Assembly (NCBI GenBank): GCA_964606975.1
Contig: CAZSGY010000006.1
Span: forward strand, 24,814-88,813
Direction: 5' to 3'
Origin: an uncultured Gammaproteobacteria bacterium
Lineage (GTDB): Bacteria > Patescibacteriota > Microgenomatia > UBA8517
DNA length: 64,000 bases
Shown here: in pieces, positions 29,518-37,877 of the stretch
Position numbering within the stretch: position 1 is the first letter of the stretch
How the letters are laid out: each line of letters starts with the position of its first letter
The notes under the pieces: model-generated
Databases searched by the model: none
What the model saw: only the letters and a program-made list of their open reading frames with translations
What the model was told of the DNA's origin: nothing
Program-made: the position numbers and the translations under genes

Positions 29518-29547
29518 TTGTCAGTTTTCAGCTATGTGTGGTAAAAT
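29518..29547 (+). promoter_or_regulatory. Candidate promoter for rny (TTGTCA-18nt-TGgTAAAAT extended -10)
   Basis: TTGTCA 29518-29523; TG 29539-40; TAAAAT 29542-29547. Confidence 0.4.
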
Positions 29548-29645
29548 CTAGCTAGAGCTAAAGGAAAATGGTTAAAAGAACTTTATATACAGCTTCTTTC
29601 ACCGCAAGCCTTATTTAAAGGCGGTTCCTCTTTGGCCCAAAAATT

Positions 29646-30809
29646 ATGAATACACAAGACGAATATAGAGAAAAACTTGCCAGTGTTGCCAAAATGACCC
29701 CTGACGAGGCTAAACGCGCACTTCTCGATGAAGTTCAAAAAGATCTGACCGCCGAAGTAGCCAAAAAAATTAGGGCAGCCGAGGAAAAAATTAAAGAAGA
29801 GGCGCATGCCAAGGCAGAAGAGATTTTAATTGACGCCATGAAACATGGTGCGACAAATTACACAGCCGAATATACCGTTTCCTCCGTCACTGTTCCAAAT
29901 GAAGACGCCAAAGGCCGAATCATCGGAGCCGGCGGAAGAAATATCAGGACTTTTGAAAAAGAAGCCGGAGTGGAAATAGAAATCGATGAGACTCCGGAGA
30001 TAAGGCTCTCTTCGTTTGATTCAATAAGGCGTGAGGTTGCCAGGCGTGCACTGGAAATTTTGATTAAAGACGCCAGAATCCAGCCTTCAAGAATTGAAGA
30101 GGTTGTTGCTCAGGTCAGGAACGAAATGGAGGATGTTTTATTGGAGGAGGGAAAGAAAATCACGCATGAATGCGGTGTTTATAATCTGCCGGTAGAGCTT
30201 ATGCGCATGATCGGACGTTTCAAATTCAGGACTTCCTACGGGCAGAATTTGGGAATTCATACGATTGAAGAGACAAGAATGGGTGTAGCGATTGCCGAAG
30301 AGATCGGGGCAAAAGCTGACATTGTTAGGCTGGGATGCCTGCTCCATGATATTGGTAAGGTTGTCACAAACGAAGAGGGTAACCACATCGAACTGGGCGT
30401 TAATCTTCTTAAAAAATACGGTATTCCCAAAGAAGTCATTGCCACCGTCGCCGAGCATCATGAAGATAAGCCTTTTAGTAGCAATGAAAGCGTAATTGTT
30501 TGGATGGCTGATGCAATTTCCGGAAGCAGGCCCGGAGCGAGGTACGAACCCCACGAGGATTACGTTAAAAGAATGAGTACAATCGAAGAGATTGCCAAAG
30601 GTTTCCCCGGAGTCGAAACGACATTTGCATTCCAGGCAGGACGTGATGTTAGGGTAATCGTGAATCCTGATGAGGTTGATGATGACAAATTAACAGTCCT
30701 GGCTCACGACATTGCCAAGAAATTGGAAAAAGAGGCCGAATATGCGGGACAAATCAAAGTTTCGGTAATCCGTGAAGTCAGAGCTACCGAGACAACTTCT
30801 GCCAAGTAA
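29646..30809 (+). CDS. rny: Ribonuclease Y, short form lacking N-terminal membrane anchor
   Basis: KH domain (GRIIGAGGRNIRTFEKEAGVEIEI), HD domain (LLHDIGK..., H..D), 387 aa; no TM at N-terminus. Confidence 0.88.
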   Translation: MNTQDEYREKLASVAKMTPDEAKRALLDEVQKDLTAEVAKKIRAAEEKIKEEAHAKAEEILIDAMKHGATNYTAEYTVSSVTVPNEDAKGRIIGAGGRNIRTFEKEAGVEIEIDETPEIRLSSFDSIRREVARRALEILIKDARIQPSRIEEVVAQVRNEMEDVLLEEGKKITHECGVYNLPVELMRMIGRFKFRTSYGQNLGIHTIEETRMGVAIAEEIGAKADIVRLGCLLHDIGKVVTNEEGNHIELGVNLLKKYGIPKEVIATVAEHHEDKPFSSNESVIVWMADAISGSRPGARYEPHEDYVKRMSTIEEIAKGFPGVETTFAFQAGRDVRVIVNPDEVDDDKLTVLAHDIAKKLEKEAEYAGQIKVSVIREVRATETTSAK

Positions 30810-30856
30810 CAATTTTTCTTGACTTTTTTAAAAACTTGCCGTATTCTTGAGACGAT

Positions 30857-31132
30857 ATGACGAAAACAGAACTTCTCGACCAGGTTGCCAGGAAATCGCA
30901 CCTTACCAAAAAAGCTGCAGAAGAGGCAATCGATGTGTTTTTAGACGAGGTCGGGCGTGTTCTCAGTAAAGGGGAAAAAGTAGTTTTGTCCGGTTTTGGA
31001 ACGTTTAGAGTAATTTCTATGAAGGGAAAAACAGTTAAGATTCCCAAAACCGATAAAATGGTCTCGATCAAGACACACAGACTTCCGAGATTTACTCCGG
31101 GTAAAAAACTCAAAAGACAAGTAAGTCGTTAA
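30857..31132 (+). CDS. hup: HU/IHF family DNA-binding protein
   Basis: MTKTELLDQVA...SGFGTF.V....R.G.NP.T. Confidence 0.9.
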   Translation: MTKTELLDQVARKSHLTKKAAEEAIDVFLDEVGRVLSKGEKVVLSGFGTFRVISMKGKTVKIPKTDKMVSIKTHRLPRFTPGKKLKRQVSR

Positions 31133-31237
31133 GGCTCCAAATATTAATTTCTAAATCCTAAATTCCAGTTTTGGTGTTCTTTTTTGAATCTATTTAGATT
31201 TTAGTGATTAGAATCTATAGTTTGCTATACTAAGGCT

Positions 31238-32224
31238 ATGGATCGGGCAATCATTGTTGACGGTTTAGTAAAAAAATTTGAAGTTACAGAAAAAGAAGCC
31301 GGATTGTCCGGTGCCATCAAGTCTCTTATTTCTCCCAAGAAAAAAATCATACCCGCCCTGAGAGGAATATCTTTTACGGTTCAACCCGGAGAGCTGGTGG
31401 GTTTTATCGGTCCGAACGGAGCGGGGAAAACCACAACTCTAAAAACACTCTCAGGTCTTTTGTATCCGACAGAAGGTTTTGTCCAAGTCCTGGAATTTGA
31501 TCCCTGGACGCGGAACCCTGACTTTTTAAAACAAATATCACTAGTCATGGGTCAGAAAAACCAGTTATGGTGGGATCTGCCGGCAATTGAAACTTTTGAA
31601 TTGAATCGGGCAATTTACGATATTCCCACACGTACCTATAAAGAAAACTTAAGTGAGCTTGTTGAGCTTCTGGACATAGGCAAACTTATAAATATTCCTG
31701 TACGTAAACTTTCGCTGGGTCAAAGGATGAGAATGGAATTAACGGCAGCTTTGCTTCACAAACCCAAAGTACTTTTCTTAGATGAACCGACGATCGGTCT
31801 GGATATTTTTGCTCAGGCAAAAATACGCGACTTTATTTATGAATACAACACCAAATACGGAGCAACGATACTCCTAACTTCACACAACATGAACGACCTG
31901 ACTAATTTGGCCAGACGGGTAATCATTGTTAATGATGGACGCCTTCTTTACGACGGTCCATTTGAAGAATTAATTTCAAAATTTGCCAAAGAAAAATTAA
32001 TTAAAGCCAGGCTTTCCAATGAAGACAATATCTCCGAATTGGAAAAAATTGGCAAAATTAAAAAACTGACATTTCCGGAAGTTATAATATCAGTTCCCAG
32101 AACGGCGGCCGCTGTTGCCGCAGCCGAACTTTTGCAGAATTTTCCGGTTGATGATTTAACAATAGAAGAAATTCCGATAGAAGAGGTAATTAAAAAGGCT
32201 TTTAAAAATGAAGTTCGCAAATGA
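31238..32224 (+). CDS. ABC transporter ATP-binding protein (ABC-2 type)
   Basis: GPNGAGKTTT Walker A, LSLGQRMRM signature, LDEPT Walker B. Confidence 0.92.
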   Translation: MDRAIIVDGLVKKFEVTEKEAGLSGAIKSLISPKKKIIPALRGISFTVQPGELVGFIGPNGAGKTTTLKTLSGLLYPTEGFVQVLEFDPWTRNPDFLKQISLVMGQKNQLWWDLPAIETFELNRAIYDIPTRTYKENLSELVELLDIGKLINIPVRKLSLGQRMRMELTAALLHKPKVLFLDEPTIGLDIFAQAKIRDFIYEYNTKYGATILLTSHNMNDLTNLARRVIIVNDGRLLYDGPFEELISKFAKEKLIKARLSNEDNISELEKIGKIKKLTFPEVIISVPRTAAAVAAAELLQNFPVDDLTIEEIPIEEVIKKAFKNEVRK

Positions 32225-33024
32225 GGAAGTACTTATCAATTTTTAAAATCTCCTTTGAAGAAGAATTCGCCTACAAATGGAATTTCATTCTTTGGAGGTT
32301 TCGCAATGTCTTACAGATATTACTGACTTACTTTCTTTGGAGCACGATTTATTCAGATCCCGGTAGACAAATTTTCGGCTACGACAGAGCTAAAATTTTG
32401 ACTTATGTTTTTGGAATTATGATAGTCAGGGCTCTGGTTTTATCTGCAAGGGCAATGGATGTAAGCCGGGACGTGGCCAGTGGAGATCTATCCAACTATT
32501 TGACTAAGCCAATAAATTATTTCGGGTACTGGTTTACAAGAGATTTATCCAGCAAGTTCTTAAATTTGGCTTTTGCCGCTATCGAATTTTTGTTATTGTA
32601 TCTGATTCTCAAACCGCCGTTTTTTTTGCAGACAAATCCTACCACGTTATTGGCATTTTTACTGAGCATTGTTTTGGCAATTCTTATTTATTTCCTGATA
32701 CTTTTGCTTGTCAGTGCCATACCCTTCTGGATTCCGGAACTTGGGTGGGGCTCTCACTTTTTGGTTACGATTGTGATTGTTGAAGCACTTTCCGGTACTA
32801 TTTTTCCGATAAATATTCTGCCCCACGGCTTGCAATCGGCGATTTTGGCAACCCCCTTCCCGTACCTGATTTATTTTCCCGTCCAGATTTATTTAGGGAA
32901 TGTTGCCGGCTGGTCTCTTTTTGGCGGACTCCTGACCGCTGCCGCTTGGGTTGGAATTCTGTGGGTGTCTCTAAATGTAGTTTGGCAAAAAGGGTTGAAA
33001 GTTTACCAGTCTTTTGGCGGTTAA
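32221..33024 (+). CDS. ABC-2 family transporter permease
   Basis: 6-TM hydrophobic protein translationally coupled to the ATPase. Confidence 0.75.
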   Translation: MRKYLSIFKISFEEEFAYKWNFILWRFRNVLQILLTYFLWSTIYSDPGRQIFGYDRAKILTYVFGIMIVRALVLSARAMDVSRDVASGDLSNYLTKPINYFGYWFTRDLSSKFLNLAFAAIEFLLLYLILKPPFFLQTNPTTLLAFLLSIVLAILIYFLILLLVSAIPFWIPELGWGSHFLVTIVIVEALSGTIFPINILPHGLQSAILATPFPYLIYFPVQIYLGNVAGWSLFGGLLTAAAWVGILWVSLNVVWQKGLKVYQSFGG

Positions 33025-33029
33025 AAAAT

Positions 33030-33818
33030 ATGAAGAAAATTAAGAAATATCTAAAAGTTTGGTGGATGATGAGTATTAATTCATTCTCTGTTGTTCTGGG
33101 GAAGAAATCTGCCCTGTTTGTTTTTTTGGTCGGAAAAACTTTTCGGTTTATTTTTACTCTCCTTTTTATCTTTTACCTTCTAAAAACAACAAAAGGTTTG
33201 GCCGGGTATTCCGAAGATCAAATTATATTTTTCTTTTTAACTTTTTCCGTCATCGATGCCATTACCCAGTTTCTTTTTCGGGAAGTTTACCAATTCCGCC
33301 GTATGATAATTAAGGGAGACTTTGATTTGGTTTTGGTCAAACCGGTTAATTCATTGTTTCGTGCACTTATGGGTGGGGCGGATATCGTTGATTTAATCAC
33401 CATTCCGCCTTTAGTCGGACTTACAATTTATTTTGGGGCACAGCTTAATCCAAGCTTTTTAAACATTCTTTATTACTTATTGCTTTTAATGAACGGTTTT
33501 GTGATAGCCACCGCTTTTCATATATTAATTTTATCTTTTGCTATAGTTACTCTGGAAATTGATCATGCAATTATGATTTATAGAGACATAACCACTTTGG
33601 CCAAGTTTCCGGTAGATATTTATGGAAAAACGTTGGGTGGGGTATTAACTTACCTTATACCTTTGGGAATTATGTTTACTCTTCCGGCAAAAGCATTGAT
33701 GGGTTTGTCCACTCCCTTAGGAATCATACTTGCCTTAAGCGTGGGATTTTTGGCAATTTTTCTCGCATTTAGATTTTGGAAATTCGCCCTAACGAAGTAT
33801 ACTAGCGCCAGTAGTTAA
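33030..33818 (+). CDS. ABC-2 family transporter permease (second subunit)
   Basis: Hydrophobic multi-TM; start trimmed from ORF-track 32946 to ATG 33030 (MKKIKKYLK...). Confidence 0.72.
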   Translation: MKKIKKYLKVWWMMSINSFSVVLGKKSALFVFLVGKTFRFIFTLLFIFYLLKTTKGLAGYSEDQIIFFFLTFSVIDAITQFLFREVYQFRRMIIKGDFDLVLVKPVNSLFRALMGGADIVDLITIPPLVGLTIYFGAQLNPSFLNILYYLLLLMNGFVIATAFHILILSFAIVTLEIDHAIMIYRDITTLAKFPVDIYGKTLGGVLTYLIPLGIMFTLPAKALMGLSTPLGIILALSVGFLAIFLAFRFWKFALTKYTSASS

Positions 33819-33820
33819 CT

Positions 33821-34825
33821 ATGAATACTCAAGGGATGTCCGGTCCAAACCGCGACAAATTACTGGTGATCTGTGGTCCGACGGCAACCGGGAAAACCGA
33901 TTTGGCGATATCTTTGGCCAAAAAATTTAATGGCGAAATTGTTTCTGCAGACTCCCGTCAGGTTTATAAAGGTTTGAATATTGGTACAGGAAAAGATTTA
34001 CCCAAAGGAGCAAAAATTAAACATCTTTGGATTAAAAGATTCGGCTACTATGAAATTAGAGGAGTAAAGATTTGGGGGTACGATTTGGCAGACCCCCGCC
34101 ACAGTTTTAGTGTCTCACAATATCTGAAATTTGCTGAAAGAATAATTGCGGATATCGGCAAAAGAGGAAAGTTGCCGATCTTGGTAGGCGGTACCGGCCT
34201 ATATATTAAGGGAATAATTGACGGAATTCCGACTGTCGATATTCCTAAAAGTAACAACTTAAGAAAAAGTCTGGAAAGCAAAAGCGCTGCCCGCCTTTTT
34301 GAAACTTTGGCCCAGATAGATTCTTTAAAAGCTGCCGGAATGAACGCTTCGGACAAGAAAAATCCCAGACGGTTAATTAGGGCAATAGAAATTGCTACCT
34401 GGAAAATGAACCATGGAAGACAGGGAGAGTTTTTGGAAAAAAAGATTGCAAAACATGACGTCATGCAAATCGGACTTATCGCAAATGAAGAATATCTAAA
34501 TCATAGAATTGAACAGCGTGTATCAAAGAGGTTTAGAGAACGGCTCGAAGACGAAATTGCGGAATTACTCAAAAATCATGTCAGTTGGGAAATGCAGTCT
34601 ATGAGTTCAATGGGATACGGAGAATGGAAAGATTTTTTTGAAGGTAGAAAATCTGAAAAAGAGGTTATTTGCGCTTGGGAACTAGAAGAAAAGAAATACG
34701 TAAAAAGGCAGCTAATTTGGTTTAAAAAAGACGAGAGAATAAAGTGGTTTGATATAACAAATAAGAATTATTTCGAAAATGTGGAAAAAACAGTCAGTGC
34801 GTGGCATAATAGGCGAAATGAATAG
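33821..34825 (+). CDS. miaA: tRNA dimethylallyltransferase
   Basis: ICGPTATGKTDLAI P-loop, ADSRQVYKGLNIGT motif. Confidence 0.92.
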   Translation: MNTQGMSGPNRDKLLVICGPTATGKTDLAISLAKKFNGEIVSADSRQVYKGLNIGTGKDLPKGAKIKHLWIKRFGYYEIRGVKIWGYDLADPRHSFSVSQYLKFAERIIADIGKRGKLPILVGGTGLYIKGIIDGIPTVDIPKSNNLRKSLESKSAARLFETLAQIDSLKAAGMNASDKKNPRRLIRAIEIATWKMNHGRQGEFLEKKIAKHDVMQIGLIANEEYLNHRIEQRVSKRFRERLEDEIAELLKNHVSWEMQSMSSMGYGEWKDFFEGRKSEKEVICAWELEEKKYVKRQLIWFKKDERIKWFDITNKNYFENVEKTVSAWHNRRNE

Positions 34826-35786
34826 AAAGGTCGACATATCTCACCGGACGATAATTTTCGCTGTTCTTTTTCTCCTGGGAATTTGGTTTTTATATTACAT
34901 CCGCGGCATTCTATTTATGCTTTTTGTCTCCTTTCTTTTAATGACAATTTTAGAGCCTCTTGTAAAATTGTTTGTCAGACTTAAGATTCACAGAAGTTTG
35001 GCAGTAATTATCACTTATATCTTAGTCTTTGGTGTGCTTGGCGGAGTAATCGCCACTATTGCCCCGGTGTTAGTCCGGGAAACATCAAGTTTCATAAGCG
35101 CACTTCCTGAATACTTATCAAAAACCAACATTGGCCCATCATTTGACGGCATACTAAGCGGTCTGGCTCAGCAACTGGGCGGAGTTCTGAATTTCACTTT
35201 TTCGATTTTTTCCAATGTTTTTTCATTAATCACGGTTTTGGTTTTTTCTTTTTATATGCTTTTGGGTTACAACGGTATCCGAAATCAGGTTATTCTCTTG
35301 TTGGGTGAAAAGGGGGGGAAGAAAGTTAACAGGCTTATTTCTTCGATTGAAGAAAGATTGGGCAAGTGGTCCCGCGGACAATTATTGCTGATGTTGGCGG
35401 TGGCTGTCGGAAACTATATTGGGTATTTGCTTCTTGGAATCCCGTTTGCTCTCCCTCTGGCGTTATTGACCGGTATTTTCGAAATAGTTCCTGTTTTGGG
35501 ACCGATTATTTCTGCAATTCCGGGGGTGCTTATTGGTTTTGGAATTTCACCGCTTACAGGCATTGGTGCGGCTGCAGTTGCCTTTATAGTCAATCAACTG
35601 GAGAACTATGTTTTGGTTCCTAAGATTATGCAAAAGTCTACGGGAGTATCTCCTCTTTTAATACTTATTTCGATCGCAATTGGGGCAAAGTTGGCAGGGG
35701 TTGCCGGGGTGATTATCGCTGTGCCTTTTGTCATTACACTTCAGGTTATTTTAAAGGAATACTCGGGGAAGGGAGAAAACCAATAA
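34818..35786 (+). CDS. AI-2E family transporter (PerM/UPF0118)
   Basis: 8-TM protein with conserved ...GIFEIVPVLGPII.AIPGVL... block; start trimmed to ATG 34818. Confidence 0.8.
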   Translation: MNRKVDISHRTIIFAVLFLLGIWFLYYIRGILFMLFVSFLLMTILEPLVKLFVRLKIHRSLAVIITYILVFGVLGGVIATIAPVLVRETSSFISALPEYLSKTNIGPSFDGILSGLAQQLGGVLNFTFSIFSNVFSLITVLVFSFYMLLGYNGIRNQVILLLGEKGGKKVNRLISSIEERLGKWSRGQLLLMLAVAVGNYIGYLLLGIPFALPLALLTGIFEIVPVLGPIISAIPGVLIGFGISPLTGIGAAAVAFIVNQLENYVLVPKIMQKSTGVSPLLILISIAIGAKLAGVAGVIIAVPFVITLQVILKEYSGKGENQ

Positions 35787-35788
35787 AA

Positions 35789-35808
35789 AATCCCACTTTC
35801 GTGGGATT
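35789..35808. terminator. Perfect 8-bp hairpin (AATCCCAC-tttc-GTGGGATT) between convergent AI-2E gene and rnpB; likely bidirectional terminator
   Basis: Immediately after AI-2E stop (35784-86) and 3' of RNase P RNA. Confidence 0.5.
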
Positions 35809-35816
35809 CTCTATAC

Positions 35817-36231
35817 TCTGGAGATTAGTAAGCCAGGTTCTGTTTCTCGATGATCATCCATCTTTCGACGGATCTAAAGATCCGCCAAACCGATAAGGTT
35901 TGCTGTCAAATGACAAGCTCTGCTTATCTGTGCCCTCGAACCTCGTCCCGCCTCCCAGATTTCTCCAGGATTTTTAAAAGCTTATTTTCGCCCGTAAAGG
36001 GGCGGAACATTCGGAGGTTGCAGCGGGGAGGATTGCCTCTTTTCACTCGTTTCCATTTACCTTTAGGGTAAATGACTCGACATAGTTTCTGTGGCTCTAT
36101 ACTGGTCTACTGAGTCAGCTTTCGCTGTCCCGGTAGTCTCCGCCTTGCGACGGACACCCTGCTTTCTGCTGCCTGGACTTTCCTCTATCCTAAGCCTAAG
36201 CTCAGAACAGCGATCATCCTTTCTCCAGAGT
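35817..36231 (-). ncRNA. rnpB: RNase P RNA (bacterial type A)
   Basis: Minus strand reads ...GAGGAAAGTCCAGGCAGC... (P4 5' strand) ... GGTAAATGGAAACGAGTGAAAAGAGG ... CGAGAAACAGAACCTGGCTTACTAATCTCCAG (P4 3' strand ACAGAAcCTGGCUUA); P1 pairing CTGGAGA/TCTCCAG; ~415 nt GC-rich ORF-free region. Confidence 0.85.
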
Positions 36232-36236
36232 GGCCT

Positions 36237-36245
36237 ATTATAGCA
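36237..36245 (-). promoter_or_regulatory. Extended -10 (TGCTATAAT) promoter for rnpB
   Basis: RC of attatagca at 36237-36245, ~8 nt upstream of the predicted RNase P RNA 5' end. Confidence 0.5.
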
Positions 36246-36257
36246 CTTTGTCCCGGT

Positions 36258-36581
36258 TTGTATAGCAAAATGATTGACAAAATATTAGTAAATGCTAATA
36301 TATTTTCTATGAAACAAGCCATCATTTCCTCGTTTGCAAACACAACCCGGCTAAAACTCCTAATTTGCCTTAAAAGCGGTAGTAAAAATGTTACCGAACT
36401 TATCGCCAACTGCGGCCTGAGCCAATCCGCGGTCTCCCAGCATTTGGAAAAGCTGAGAGCGGCAGGTCTGGTGACCGGTGTTAGAGATGGAAGAGAAATA
36501 GTTTATAGGTTAAGAAGTCAAAAATCTGGTGAATTAGCAAAAAGCTTACTAAATTTTGCAAAGGAGGTGGATAAGAAATGA
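36258..36581 (+). CDS. ArsR/SmtB family transcriptional regulator
   Basis: wHTH: RLKLLICLKSGSKNVTELIANCGLSQSAVSQHLEKLRAAGLV. Confidence 0.85.
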   Translation: MYSKMIDKILVNANIFSMKQAIISSFANTTRLKLLICLKSGSKNVTELIANCGLSQSAVSQHLEKLRAAGLVTGVRDGREIVYRLRSQKSGELAKSLLNFAKEVDKK

Positions 36582-36838
36582 AAACAAAGAAAATAAAACT
36601 TTACTCGACGATGAGCTGTCCTTATTGTCGTATGGAAAAATCCTGGTTGGAAGAAAATAGTATCGACCACGAGGTTGTTTATGTGGATCAAAATCAGGAA
36701 GAAGCAATCAATATGGTGAGAAAGACCGGCCAAATGGGGGTCCCCGTTACCGAAATTGAGACGGAAAACGGCGAATCGGAATACATAGTCGGTTTTGACG
36801 TACAAAAATTGTCAGAGATTTTGGACATCAAAAACTGA
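36578..36838 (+). CDS. Glutaredoxin-like protein (NrdH/Grx family, CPYC active site)
   Basis: KIKLYSTMSCPYCRMEK...GVPVTEI; 4-nt overlap with the arsR-like gene. Confidence 0.85.
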   Translation: MKTKKIKLYSTMSCPYCRMEKSWLEENSIDHEVVYVDQNQEEAINMVRKTGQMGVPVTEIETENGESEYIVGFDVQKLSEILDIKN

Positions 36839-36880
36839 TGTAATTTTCTTTTTTGGAAATTTAGGTTTATCATTTATTAG

Positions 36881-37099
36881 ATGGCCACACCCAAAAAAGA
36901 AGAAGCGAAGGATGTTAAGATTGTCAATAAATGCACAGGTGGTTCTGCTGGTGCCATTTACGGCTTTGGATTCTTGGGTGCTTTGGTCTACTTTATCCAA
37001 CATGCAGGTAGCTTTAGCGAAGGCTTGGTGGGATTTTTAAAAGCTTTGGCCTGGCCGGCGCTTTTGGTTTACAAAGTTTTGGAACTTCTAAAATTTTGA
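36881..37099 (+). CDS. Small two-TM membrane protein, Gly-zipper rich (72 aa)
   Basis: GGSAGAIYGFGFLGALVYF...GLVGFLKALAWPALLVY hydrophobic segments. Confidence 0.5.
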   Translation: MATPKKEEAKDVKIVNKCTGGSAGAIYGFGFLGALVYFIQHAGSFSEGLVGFLKALAWPALLVYKVLELLKF

Positions 37100-37145
37100 A
37101 CTTAAATTTATTAATAGCTTTTGCGTTTAGATATATCATATAAAT

Positions 37146-37820
37146 ATGAAGCTGTCCCTGAAAGGGTTCACTTTGGTTGAAATATTAACCGTAATAGCCT
37201 TGTTGGCTATAGTTACCTTCTTTGCCGCCTTAAACATGTCTGCGCAATTGGCCAAAGCCAGAGATGCGGACAGGAAGGGCGACATTGATGAAATAGGAAA
37301 ATTCATCGAAGAATATTATACGGACACTAATTGCTATCCTATCTCATTGCCTTTGTGTGAAAATTCATTTTCGCTTGGAGATAAAACCTATGTTGCGAAT
37401 ATCCCATGTGATCCGAGGTCGGGAAATTCGTATGTTTATGTAAGCGAAATAAGTTCTTGTCCCAGATGGTTCCAGGTTTACGGCAATTTAGAGTACACAC
37501 AGGATGGTATTATTGACACTCTTGGCTGTCGCAACGGATGCGGTCCAAAGTGTCAGTTTAATTACGGTATTGCCAGTTCAAATGTGAGATTAAATTTTCT
37601 TTGCAGCGAAGTAGCGTCTTCGGAGCCGGTACCAAGCCCCCCTCCGGTAGCGGACGAGACACTGCTTCAATATGTTTGTGCGCCTGGTGGGGAATGCGAA
37701 GCCTTCATGTTTCCTGAACTTTCCGGGTGTCCGGACATTTACATAAATGACCCCACTTGCCAAAGCCAGTGTGATATCCCCAAAAACCGCTGTCACGACG
37801 CAAGAGGAAAGACAAATTAA
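37146..37820 (+). CDS. Type IV pilin / pseudopilin with Cys-rich C-terminal domain
   Basis: Class III signal: MKLSLKG|FTLVEILTVIALLAIV (prepilin peptidase site, Glu+5); ~20 Cys in C-terminal 150 aa. Confidence 0.85.
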   Translation: MKLSLKGFTLVEILTVIALLAIVTFFAALNMSAQLAKARDADRKGDIDEIGKFIEEYYTDTNCYPISLPLCENSFSLGDKTYVANIPCDPRSGNSYVYVSEISSCPRWFQVYGNLEYTQDGIIDTLGCRNGCGPKCQFNYGIASSNVRLNFLCSEVASSEPVPSPPPVADETLLQYVCAPGGECEAFMFPELSGCPDIYINDPTCQSQCDIPKNRCHDARGKTN

Positions 37821-37877
37821 ATTATCTTCATCTTTTAGATACTACGAAATTGTATTATATTAAATTAAATATCCTTT

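Noticed and set aside
29583-29645. Small ORF MVKRTLYTASFTASLI upstream of rny as a possible split N-terminus of RNase Y
   Set aside because: Only 16 codons, not hydrophobic enough for a TM anchor, and in a different frame with intervening stops.
35850-36409. ORFs 35850..36071(+) and 36185..36409(-) in the AI-2E-arsR interval
   Set aside because: Lie within the RNase P RNA (rnpB) and its promoter; the sequence is explained by structured RNA, not protein.
36258-36838. ArsR + glutaredoxin as an arsenic resistance (ars) operon
   Set aside because: No arsB/acr3 pump or arsC reductase adjacent; ArsR/SmtB regulators and CPYC redoxins are generic.
36795-37099. ORFs 36795..37040(+) and 36812..37003(-) overlapping the 72-aa membrane protein gene
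   Set aside because: Alternate-frame overlaps; the 36881..37099 frame gives a coherent two-TM protein, the others do not.
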